A stretch of 64,000 nt of DNA. It comes from Croceimicrobium sp. (GTDB taxonomy: Bacteria; Bacteroidota; Bacteroidia; Flavobacteriales; Schleiferiaceae). Every line of letters begins with the position of its first letter. Positions within the stretch are counted from its first letter, which is position 1. The notes beneath the pieces are model-generated. The model searched no databases, had not been told where the DNA came from, and was given only the letters and a program-made list of their open reading frames with translations. The stretch is taken from NCBI GenBank assembly GCA_965658275.1, contig CBFHRN010000002.1, positions 45,382 to 109,381 on the forward strand, written 5' to 3'. Made by a program: the position numbers and the translations under genes. Of this stretch, positions 9,113 through 18,004 are shown piece after piece.

Positions 9113-12100
9113 AAATCGGTGCTCATCGAGACGTAAAAGATTCCCGGTAAAACGATACCATCTTCTATACCCCAGGCCCAGTCTGCTCGGATGTAATAGC
9201 CAAACAAACGACTTCTCAAACCCACACCGGTTCCTAAAATAAGAGGCTCCTTTTGAGAGTCTAATACAATTTGCCCTCCTGTTCCCAATGGAATCGTACG
9301 GGTATTAATTGCGTTTTCCCTTGACCACGGGTGAGGCCCATTCCAAGCAGTGCCTAAGTCGGCAAAACCAATTACCATGAGATTATTCAAGAAGTCGTTC
9401 CGAATCGGTCGATTGGCCAAATAGGATATAACTGGCCAGCGTAATTCAGAGTTAAGAACCGCAAATTGATTTCCGTTTCGCACATTTTGAAAGAAGCCCC
9501 GCATATTGGTGACTAAAGTTTGAAAGATGTAGTTATTCTCTCTCGCGATAGGAGTACTGGGATCTAAACGTGGCGAAAATTCATTATCGACACCACCCAT
9601 TATATGAATTAACTTTTCGGGACCGAAGGAAGTGCCCGCTGCTAGGCGGTTTGCCCAAATCATGTTACGGTGAAGAATTAAATAATGCCTGGCATCAAAA
9701 CCAGCGGTATACATACCGGCATTAGACTTAGTTAGGTTTCGATAATACTCGGCAAAAACCTTATAGCGTAATCCAGCATATAGGTTTAAACCTATCTTTC
9801 GGGTATTATCATAAACATACGCTGATCTAGCAATCGCGTAATCTGTGTAGCGGATAGGATCGTCTATACGATTAAAATCAGTAGCTAAACGTATATTCTC
9901 GTCCATCCTGTATCCAGCAGACAGATGCAGACCAGCTACAGGATTAAAGGGATAAACCACTTTAAAGTTTAGCTCGTTATTGATTAGCCTGCGGAAATTA
10001 TTAAGGGCAATGAATTGGACTTGAGATCGACGGGTAAAGGTGTAGAACTTATCCCATCGGTCCTTGTAATCTGCCACCCCTACTAAAAACTCGGCATTTG
10101 GAGTAAGAGAGGTACCAGGTAATGGCTGAAAAGTGGTGCGAACTCCTGCAACAATGCGATAGTCATGCATTAAGTCCATAACTCCCACCTTAAAGTTCAT
10201 GTTGAAGCCTTGATTTAGGATATCACTGCTCACAAAACCCGTAAAAGGCTGATATTGGGGATTATCGAACATATTATCGAATCGCACCGTAAAGTTGTCC
10301 TGAAAGAAAGAAAGGAAGTAATTTCGAACGGGAGGAACTTCCAATTTATCCGATGCCTCAGCTACCACCTCGGACAATACATTGGGAAGCAATGGCACCT
10401 TTTTCACCTGAGATGAGTCAGAGCTTGGCCTTAAAGCCTCCTGCTTTGCATCAGCATAAAAGCGGTAATTGTAAATATCTATTGGCAAACGATCACGACG
10501 AATACCAGGGTAATATAAAGGTCGGTACTCAAGATTATAGCTCGGCTTCTTGACTACCAGTTCTTCATCTGGCATCGCCATTACATTGCTCTCCACTTTC
10601 ATAGGCTTAATACCTATCTCCTCCAAGCTAGGGTACTCATCGACATAAAGTCGGTATCGCCCATCCTGCAAGTAAACGGTGGCGCGTAAAGCTTCTCGAG
10701 GAGCTAAATCTTGGTCCACAATTGAAAAGGGAAGCGCTGATAATTGGTATTCTGAAAAATAATAATCGTAGTGGGTAATGGTATCGACATAGGCAATGGT
10801 CGAATCAACTTTTAACAAATGCTGCCGGCGGCTACCATCGCGCTCCGTAAAAAAGGACAAAACCCCGGGAGCCATTTCCTTTATTCCAAACTCGTTTACC
10901 TTGGGCGAATTGGTCATCCGCCATATGAGCAAACTATCTTGTCCTAATTCACGATTTTCGGTCGCAAAAAGATCTAAATCACTAGTGCTAAGTTGCCTGC
11001 GGTCGTTAGGAATAAGGCTATCGATTGGGCGATTGGAAGACCATGCAATTCGCCTGGCGTTGTTGAAGAAAACAGGGTCTACATCATCGTAAACATCATT
11101 CGTAATTGCCCTAATTTTAGTATTTAAGATGGTGTAAACATAAATATCAGATTGACCATTTTTCACCGCTGAAAACAAGAACTGCTTGCCATCTGGAGAA
11201 TACTGAAGTGAAACGATTTTATCGAAGCGATAAAAAGGTTTTGTGGTAAGTTCTTTGTTCTCTAATTCATAAATACTAAACTGGGTGGTTCCCTCCTCCT
11301 CGGTAAAAATAGCAAGGCTTTCGCCTGAAGGATGCCAAGCTAACAATGGATAAGAATAGTCCGTGTTTTGAGCAATTCGATACCCCCCCTTGTAGATTCT
11401 CTTTTTCTTTCCCGTTTCCCTATCGTAGAGATAAACCTTGTATCTGGAAAAGCGGCGATCGACATATGCGATATAGCGACCATCTTTACTAAGCTTCACA
11501 TCAGTAATCTCATGGTGCTTCCTTCCTTTTAGGACGGCGGTTTTGTCCTTAAATTTTTCCTTACCTGTATAGCCATATCTTTCTTGATAAAACTTCAACC
11601 AATCATTGGTCATCTCATCCATATCCTTTCCGAGGATATAAACAAAACCACTCTCAATATCTCGATTTACAACGGACATGTAAATGATATTTCGAATGAC
11701 CCTACCACCATAAGTTTCTTTCACGTAATGCCAGAACGAATGGCCCGCATAACGTGCATCAAGCTGAGTGAGGCTATTGATATGATCGTACTTCCCGCTG
11801 AAAAAACCATCCCTCACTTGAACGTCAATGTCTCCATCCCATTCCTTTCCGATGTAGGATACCAACCCTTCTACATACCAAGCAGGTAGATTTAGCAAGG
11901 CCGAATTCGCCAAGCTCTGAGTAAAGCTACCGTAGATAAGATTACTTAAAACCACCTCAGAAAGCCCCATGCGTAAAGTCCTTTCGAGGTTGGCATAATT
12001 ACCATCAAAATACACAAAAAGCCGACGTCCGCTAATTCGGGTAACACCCCCCGTATTGTAATCCTCTTCCGCCGAGGAATTAACATTGCTCTGCTTTAAG

Positions 12101-12411
12101 TCGGACAGGTTATTGAAAACCAGAATTTGAATGCGCTCATCAAGAGGTGCATCTAAATAATTCTCGATCCGTGGTAAATTCTTATGGGTAAGCCTAGCTA
12201 CGTTCTCCGCTAAAAACTCATTCCCTCGGTAGAAATAAACATCAAAGGCATCAAAGCGGTAAAAGACCCAATCAAAGTCGTCGAACTGCACTCTATTCTT
12301 CCCATATTCTTGACGAATGCCATAGTAAAACTGGGCCTGCCCCTCAAAAAAGAGGAGCCCCAGTACTACAAGCCAGAAGCTTTTCAAAAATGCAGAGTAT
12401 CTGTGCTTCAC
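9109..12411 (-). CDS. Large outer-membrane protein: peptidase-like N-domain, TolB/PD40 beta-propeller, C-terminal Omp85-like beta-barrel
   Basis: GTG start and signal peptide; YGKNRVQF; PAWYVEGLVSY; propeller repeats (WHPSG, YSPDG, DVDPVF); C-terminal beta-strands GTGVGLRSRLFGYYIRADWAWG ending in F. Confidence 0.65.
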   Translation of the reverse strand: MKHRYSAFLKSFWLVVLGLLFFEGQAQFYYGIRQEYGKNRVQFDDFDWVFYRFDAFDVYFYRGNEFLAENVARLTHKNLPRIENYLDAPLDERIQILVFNNLSDLKQSNVNSSAEEDYNTGGVTRISGRRLFVYFDGNYANLERTLRMGLSEVVLSNLIYGSFTQSLANSALLNLPAWYVEGLVSYIGKEWDGDIDVQVRDGFFSGKYDHINSLTQLDARYAGHSFWHYVKETYGGRVIRNIIYMSVVNRDIESGFVYILGKDMDEMTNDWLKFYQERYGYTGKEKFKDKTAVLKGRKHHEITDVKLSKDGRYIAYVDRRFSRYKVYLYDRETGKKKRIYKGGYRIAQNTDYSYPLLAWHPSGESLAIFTEEEGTTQFSIYELENKELTTKPFYRFDKIVSLQYSPDGKQFLFSAVKNGQSDIYVYTILNTKIRAITNDVYDDVDPVFFNNARRIAWSSNRPIDSLIPNDRRQLSTSDLDLFATENRELGQDSLLIWRMTNSPKVNEFGIKEMAPGVLSFFTERDGSRRQHLLKVDSTIAYVDTITHYDYYFSEYQLSALPFSIVDQDLAPREALRATVYLQDGRYRLYVDEYPSLEEIGIKPMKVESNVMAMPDEELVVKKPSYNLEYRPLYYPGIRRDRLPIDIYNYRFYADAKQEALRPSSDSSQVKKVPLLPNVLSEVVAEASDKLEVPPVRNYFLSFFQDNFTVRFDNMFDNPQYQPFTGFVSSDILNQGFNMNFKVGVMDLMHDYRIVAGVRTTFQPLPGTSLTPNAEFLVGVADYKDRWDKFYTFTRRSQVQFIALNNFRRLINNELNFKVVYPFNPVAGLHLSAGYRMDENIRLATDFNRIDDPIRYTDYAIARSAYVYDNTRKIGLNLYAGLRYKVFAEYYRNLTKSNAGMYTAGFDARHYLILHRNMIWANRLAAGTSFGPEKLIHIMGGVDNEFSPRLDPSTPIARENNYIFQTLVTNMRGFFQNVRNGNQFAVLNSELRWPVISYLANRPIRNDFLNNLMVIGFADLGTAWNGPHPWSRENAINTRTIPLGTGGQIVLDSQKEPLILGTGVGLRSRLFGYYIRADWAWGIEDGIVLPGIFYVSMSTDF

Positions 12412-12470
12412 GGTATTTCGATTAGACTCAATATCTTTAACGCATTAATGCGCTAATTATTCACTGCCCT

Positions 12471-14357
12471 ATGACGAATATACTTACTCTACGCCGAATC
12501 ACCACTTTTTGTTTAGTATTCGTGCTCAGCCTGAGTCTTAATGCCCAAAAAAGCTTCCAAAAAACAGTAATTCGAAACATTCAACCGGTAGGGGCATTTA
12601 TCCCATCTTCTGTAGAGCAAGAATATGCGCCAAGCCTTCAGCCTTTGGAAATGCCTCACCCCGATGGTGACTTAGACCGAAACAAAGCAAAAAGGCTGCC
12701 TCTAGCAAAAAGACTTTCTAAAATGAGCAGTGATGTTCAGTTTAATGCCAGTACTCCTCGACCCGAAGTATTGGATTCACTTGGCGGGAATAACTACAGT
12801 GGGTCCGTGCCAAATGACGATGACTTTGCGATTGGTAAAAATGGTCAGATTTTAAGAGTTCGAAATTCAACGATAGGCGCATACGACTATACCAATGATA
12901 GCCTCATTTTTGAGTCCACCCTTTTCCGGTTTTACCGCCCTTCCCAATTTTTACCGGGAAGTAAATATGACCCACGGGCTTTATACGACCCTTACGAAGA
13001 CCGTTTTATTGTTTTGTATTTGAGCGGAAATACTTGGGGAAATTCCAAAATTATAGTTGGTTTCTCGAAGAGCAATAATCTATCCGATGGATTTAACATC
13101 TACCAATTAGATGGAAATCCATTGAATGATAGTACCTGGAGCGACTACCCTCATATCAGCATCAATGAAAAGGATCTGTTCATTACCATGAACACCTTTT
13201 ACAATGGTTCTTCGAACAATAGTGGCTATGTTCAGTCGACCATCCGTCAAGTAAGTAAAAATCCGGGGTATGACAGCTTATCTTTAACCGAACATTATTA
13301 CTACAATCTCAAAGTGGGAAATCGGAATCTCTTTAATTTTTCGGGCATTGATTTAGCCGATACGAGTCGCCTAGAAAACCGCCCGCATTATTTAATTTCA
13401 AATCGCAATCTCGACACAATTAATGACAGCATTTTTGTTGCAGAAATTATCGGGGATGCTTTAGCTAGTCCACAATTTAGACTTCTAACTTTTACTACAG
13501 AAACCTCTTACGGCTTACCCCCTGAGGCGCGACAGGCAAATGATCACAAATTTGATTGCAATGATAGTCGTATTCAGGGAGCCTTCTTACATGACGGGAA
13601 GATTCAATTTGTGGGTAACACGATAACCTCTACTGGAAACTCTGGGATTTATCATGGTATCATCGACCGATATGGCGACTCCACCAATATCTATTTTAAG
13701 GTTATCAATTTCGACCCTATTGACATTGGCTACCCTCAAGTAACTTATACGGGAAAATCCAGAAATGAAATCGAAAGCATCATCAGCTTTAATCATACTG
13801 GAGACAGTTTAAATGCAGGGTTTTCATGCCTGTTTTTTGATAATGACTCGAGTTACAGCTATCGACAACAAATTGTAGAAGGAGGTGATTACGTGGATAT
13901 TATTTCCAGCAATGGTAACCGAAAATACGAGCGTTGGGGAGATTACACGGGGAACCAGCAAGACTATATGGAGCAGAGTGTGGCCTGGGCTTCGGGTTAC
14001 CAAGCTACCAGCAATGGTGAGCCTTTAACTGTTATTGCTAAATTACGAAGCCCCAACTGGAACAACTCTCCAATCGTGGGCTTAACCGAGCAGTCGGCAC
14101 CGCTTATGCAGCTGAGTCCGAATCCTGCAAATACGTGGTTTGAACTTAGTGTAGAACGAAAAAAAGAAGAGCTCTTGCAATTTGAGCTCAGCGCAATAGA
14201 TGGAAAGCAATCTCTATTTAAGGTAGAAGAGCAAGCCTTTGCTGGGGAAAACACGTTCCGATTCCGCACCAATCAACTAAAACCCGGACTATATCTTTTA
14301 TCCGTTTACGATCAAAGTGGAAGACCGATTGGAGTTGAAAGAGTAATTATTCAATAA
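12471..14357 (+). CDS. Uncharacterised secreted protein with T9SS type A C-terminal sorting domain
   Basis: Signal peptide; C-terminus LSPNPAN...LKPGLYLLSV...RVIIQ; core motifs YDPRALYD, WSDYPHI, RWGDYTG. Confidence 0.8.
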   Translation: MTNILTLRRITTFCLVFVLSLSLNAQKSFQKTVIRNIQPVGAFIPSSVEQEYAPSLQPLEMPHPDGDLDRNKAKRLPLAKRLSKMSSDVQFNASTPRPEVLDSLGGNNYSGSVPNDDDFAIGKNGQILRVRNSTIGAYDYTNDSLIFESTLFRFYRPSQFLPGSKYDPRALYDPYEDRFIVLYLSGNTWGNSKIIVGFSKSNNLSDGFNIYQLDGNPLNDSTWSDYPHISINEKDLFITMNTFYNGSSNNSGYVQSTIRQVSKNPGYDSLSLTEHYYYNLKVGNRNLFNFSGIDLADTSRLENRPHYLISNRNLDTINDSIFVAEIIGDALASPQFRLLTFTTETSYGLPPEARQANDHKFDCNDSRIQGAFLHDGKIQFVGNTITSTGNSGIYHGIIDRYGDSTNIYFKVINFDPIDIGYPQVTYTGKSRNEIESIISFNHTGDSLNAGFSCLFFDNDSSYSYRQQIVEGGDYVDIISSNGNRKYERWGDYTGNQQDYMEQSVAWASGYQATSNGEPLTVIAKLRSPNWNNSPIVGLTEQSAPLMQLSPNPANTWFELSVERKKEELLQFELSAIDGKQSLFKVEEQAFAGENTFRFRTNQLKPGLYLLSVYDQSGRPIGVERVIIQ

Positions 14358-14385
14358 AAAAAGGGACCGTGATGGTCCCTTTTTT
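14357..14385. terminator. Bidirectional intrinsic terminator between the T9SS gene and kmo
   Basis: A6-GGGACC-gtgat-GGTCCC-T6 between convergent stop codons. Confidence 0.9.
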
Positions 14386-14386
14386 A

Positions 14387-15733
14387 TTAAAGCTTTTCGG
14401 CAAGCTCTAACATCTTTTGTTCTACTTCTTCTGAATCCCAAATCTCGTGGATATTTGGCATGGCCATTATCTCAGCCATTAATTGATCTTGTCTTTTACC
14501 TAAAGCTAATGCATCTGAATAGCGAACATTAGGTGAGAAGGTTACTAGACTGTAAAGTGGAGTCCACTTATTCGGGTATTTCTTCGAAAATTTGGATTCA
14601 ATTTTCTTTTGGAGAAGGAAATCGGGATCACCGGTTAAATCGCGCATTTCCACGAAATTTCGCATCGCTAAATCTGCAATGCCATCTCCATCTGGCTTAC
14701 GTTCTATTTCGTAAGCTTTAAAAAGTTCCTCCCAATTATCACCATACTCTTCCATTAATCGGTCTAAAACAAAACAGTCTTCAAAACCAGCATTCATACC
14801 TTGTCCATAAAATGGCACAATGGCATGACTCGAATCTCCGATCAAAGCCACTTTTCCATTTCGAGTCCATGGATAGCATCGAATAATTACTAAGGAGGAA
14901 TCTGGGTTTTGCTCCCAATCCGCATCAAAATTGGGCATTAAAGCCAAGGCATCCGCAAATTGTTCTTCAAAGAATAGACGCGCTTTAGACACGGTATCTA
15001 GACTCTCAAACGAAGGCTCACCCTCATTTGGGAAAAATAAAGTACAAGTAAAGCTACCATCTGGATTGGGCAAGGCGATTAACATGTAATTCCCTCTTGG
15101 CCATATATGTAATGCATTTTTCTCAAGAAGGAACTCGCCATTGGGGCCAGGAGGTATTTCCAGCTCTTTATAGCCATGCTCGATATACTCCTGTGAGTAA
15201 CTGAATCGATCGGTTTTCATCATGGCTCCGCGCACCGCGCTAAAGGCCCCATCTGCACCAAAAAGAAAATCGGCTTCTACCTTTTCTTCCTGACCTTGAT
15301 TTCCAAAAGTAGCAGAAGCTGCTTTAAGGTCTACCTCTAAACAAGGGCGTTCAAAATGGATTTCCACTCCTCTTTTTTCCGCTTCCCCCATAAGCAGCAT
15401 GTTTAAACCTGCTCTAGATACCGAATTAATCGCTTGGCCTTCTTGACCATAGGGCTGGAAGCTTAAATTACCTTCCACGTCATGCATAACTCTGCGGTAC
15501 ATGGGTATCGCCATTTCTTTTAAGACCTTTTCTTCTAGGCCTACTTTAGCCAAAGCCTGTAAACCTCGATCACTAAGCGCTAAGTTTATAGACCGTCCTC
15601 CATCCAAAGAGTTCTTTCGTGCATCAGATCGGCGTTCGTAAATCTTTACAGCATGACCCCTATCAGCAAGGTATACACCTAATAATGAGCCTACTAAACC
15701 TGCGCCTGCGATGGTAATATTCTTTTTTTGCAT
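14387..15733 (-). CDS. kmo: Kynurenine 3-monooxygenase
   Basis: GAGLVG FAD motif, GRSINLALSDRG, LHIWPR, IGDSSHAIVPFYGQGMNAGFED; adjacent to kynureninase. Confidence 0.93.
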   Translation of the reverse strand: MQKKNITIAGAGLVGSLLGVYLADRGHAVKIYERRSDARKNSLDGGRSINLALSDRGLQALAKVGLEEKVLKEMAIPMYRRVMHDVEGNLSFQPYGQEGQAINSVSRAGLNMLLMGEAEKRGVEIHFERPCLEVDLKAASATFGNQGQEEKVEADFLFGADGAFSAVRGAMMKTDRFSYSQEYIEHGYKELEIPPGPNGEFLLEKNALHIWPRGNYMLIALPNPDGSFTCTLFFPNEGEPSFESLDTVSKARLFFEEQFADALALMPNFDADWEQNPDSSLVIIRCYPWTRNGKVALIGDSSHAIVPFYGQGMNAGFEDCFVLDRLMEEYGDNWEELFKAYEIERKPDGDGIADLAMRNFVEMRDLTGDPDFLLQKKIESKFSKKYPNKWTPLYSLVTFSPNVRYSDALALGKRQDQLMAEIMAMPNIHEIWDSEEVEQKMLELAEKL

Positions 15734-15734
15734 T

Positions 15735-17009
15735 TTATGCTTTTAGAAATTTTTCGAGCAATTGCCCAAATTCATAAACGTCTTCAAATGAGTTGTACAT
15801 GGGTACCGGTGCCAAGCGAATCACATCCGGCTCTCGCCAATCTGCAATCACTCCAGCTTCACTTAAGCTGTCAAACACCGCTCTTCCTTTACCTGGAACC
15901 GCGATTGAAATTTGACAACCCCTGCGATCATCTTCCATTGGAGTAATAATGCGAACCGGCTGCCCGCTGTTCGCAGAAGCGTCCTCAATTACCTTTTGTA
16001 GATAAGCGGTTAACTTCCTGCTTTTGGCACGTAAGGCCTCCATTCCAACCTGATCAAAGAGTTCCAAAGATGCCAATAAGGGTGCCATCGAGAAGACGGG
16101 GGCATTACTCAACTGCCAAGCCTCTGCGGTAGGAATGGGATCGAAATGCTCATCCATTTTGAAGCGCTCTTCTTTATTGTGTCCCCACCAACCTTCAAAA
16201 CGAGGGATATCAGACTGGCCATGATGACGTTCATGAATAAATACTCCAGAAACACCGCCAGGGCCACCGTTTAAATATTTATACCCACACCAAGCGGCGA
16301 AATCAACCCCCCATTTATGGAGTTCTATATCAATATTGCCGGCGCCATGGGCCAAGTCCCAACCTACAATGGCACCTGCTCTCTTACCCGCATCAGTGAT
16401 TCGGGCCATATCAAAAACTTGCCCAGTGTAATAATTTACTCCACCGAGCATCACAAGCGCCAATTCATCACTATGTTGATCAATGGCTTCAATAACGCGG
16501 TCGTCATCAATTAATTCGGTTTTGGGATCCGGCTCAATTTCAATTAAACATTCGGCGGGGTCTAAACCGTGAAATCTTAGCTGACTCTTAATAGCATATT
16601 GGTCGCTCGGAAAAGCTTTCCCTTCGCACAATATTTTACATCGCTTTCCCTCAGGACGAAAGAAACTAACCATCAACAAATGCAAATTGGTCGTTAAACC
16701 ATTCATAGCAACCACTTCGGTATCCTTAGCGCCAACAATTTTAGCTAAAGACTGCGTAAAAAACTCATGGTAAGCTACCCAAGGACGACGTGCCTCCAGA
16801 TGACCATCCACGCCCCAGCGAGCCCAATCATCTAATTCTTCATTTAGTATTTCTCTGGCCTTTCGAGGCTGAAGACCCAAAGAGTTACCAGTAAAGTAAA
16901 GCACCTTTCGATAATTATTCTTTGGAAATAAGAATTCGTCGCGCATGGTGGCCAGGGCATCTTCTTGATCTGCGGCTTTCGCGCCTTCGAATGTATTTGG
17001 ATAGGACAT
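15735..17009 (-). CDS. kynU: Kynureninase
   Basis: YFTGNSLGLQP, FPSDQYA, WDLAHGAGN, WCGYKYLNGGPG (PLP lysine), WWGH. Confidence 0.96.
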   Translation of the reverse strand: MSYPNTFEGAKAADQEDALATMRDEFLFPKNNYRKVLYFTGNSLGLQPRKAREILNEELDDWARWGVDGHLEARRPWVAYHEFFTQSLAKIVGAKDTEVVAMNGLTTNLHLLMVSFFRPEGKRCKILCEGKAFPSDQYAIKSQLRFHGLDPAECLIEIEPDPKTELIDDDRVIEAIDQHSDELALVMLGGVNYYTGQVFDMARITDAGKRAGAIVGWDLAHGAGNIDIELHKWGVDFAAWCGYKYLNGGPGGVSGVFIHERHHGQSDIPRFEGWWGHNKEERFKMDEHFDPIPTAEAWQLSNAPVFSMAPLLASLELFDQVGMEALRAKSRKLTAYLQKVIEDASANSGQPVRIITPMEDDRRGCQISIAVPGKGRAVFDSLSEAGVIADWREPDVIRLAPVPMYNSFEDVYEFGQLLEKFLKA

Positions 17010-17027
17010 AGATTCTTAAAATAGACT

Positions 17028-17891
17028 TCAAATGTAAAAATTGCCAATGGCAAGCTGGCTTAGAAAAAGTATAAACAAGACCAAAATAGGTATAGACTCT
17101 ACCCAAAAGCTGATGTAAAAATCACTTTGATCTTTTTCAACCCGCTTTATTATCCACTGCCCCAGCTCTAAACCAAGAACCCAAGCCAGGACGTAGTTTA
17201 AGTTCAAAGACCAAAAAAAGAAGGACAATACAATCCAAATTTGATAGAGCATGATTAAGAATCGTGCTAAATCAAGAGCAGGTACTAAGCCCAATTGTTG
17301 GGGTAAAGTTTTAAGACTGGGTGCGTCAATATGTAAATCTCGCACATCAAATGGAATGGTTAATCCTGCAACCAAAAGCATGCGCATCACTAATTCTAAA
17401 TAAGTTCGGCTGGTCCATAAACCCTCACTTAATAAATGAGGAACACCAAAACTCAACCACGACCAAGCGTAGGCAATTAACAAGAGTTTAAGCATCGGAA
17501 TACTGCGGAGCGAAGAAAAATGTCGGTTAGGATGAGGAAAAGCCAGCGGATAGAGCAGTGCAATAACTAAGCCCGGGGCTAAAGCATAGAGCAAGGAAAT
17601 ACTAAAAATTTGCTTGAGGAAGGAAACAGCGATAATCCCCGCACTAAAAGTGCTGATGAGGGCAATCACCCAATTGTTATCCCAGCCTATTTTCGGCCGC
17701 TTCGGCAGCGCCTCCCCCTGAACCAATTTCACCCAACGCATATAACTGTAAGCTGAGGCCGTTCCGAACCACATAAAAGCGCTGTAAAATATAGAAACCG
17801 CCGAAAAAGGCTCTGGAAAACTGAGCATACACAGGGCAAAAACGGCTAGGCCGACCCATAGATTACTGGCTATCAAAATTCGTATCAGCAT
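17028..17891 (-). CDS. Polytopic membrane protein, UbiA prenyltransferase-like
   Basis: Multiple hydrophobic segments, LRSIPMLKLLLIA, Asp-rich IPFDVRDLHID motif; the first Asp-rich motif is degenerate. Confidence 0.55.
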   Translation of the reverse strand: MLIRILIASNLWVGLAVFALCMLSFPEPFSAVSIFYSAFMWFGTASAYSYMRWVKLVQGEALPKRPKIGWDNNWVIALISTFSAGIIAVSFLKQIFSISLLYALAPGLVIALLYPLAFPHPNRHFSSLRSIPMLKLLLIAYAWSWLSFGVPHLLSEGLWTSRTYLELVMRMLLVAGLTIPFDVRDLHIDAPSLKTLPQQLGLVPALDLARFLIMLYQIWIVLSFFFWSLNLNYVLAWVLGLELGQWIIKRVEKDQSDFYISFWVESIPILVLFILFLSQLAIGNFYI

Positions 17892-17963
17892 GTGCTTTAT
17901 TGGCGCAGTCTATATTGTTAAGATAAAGTGAATAATATCATTTAAAAAAGTAAAGCCTATGCT

Positions 17964-17971
17964 TACTTTTG
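17964..17971 (+). promoter_or_regulatory. -7 box TACTTTTG upstream of gcvP (TTTA at 17941-17944, 19-nt spacer)
   Basis: Consensus match in the intergenic region, with a near-consensus -33 at correct spacing. Confidence 0.6.
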
Positions 17972-18004
17972 CTGCGAATATTGACAATTATTTTCACATA
18001 GGAT

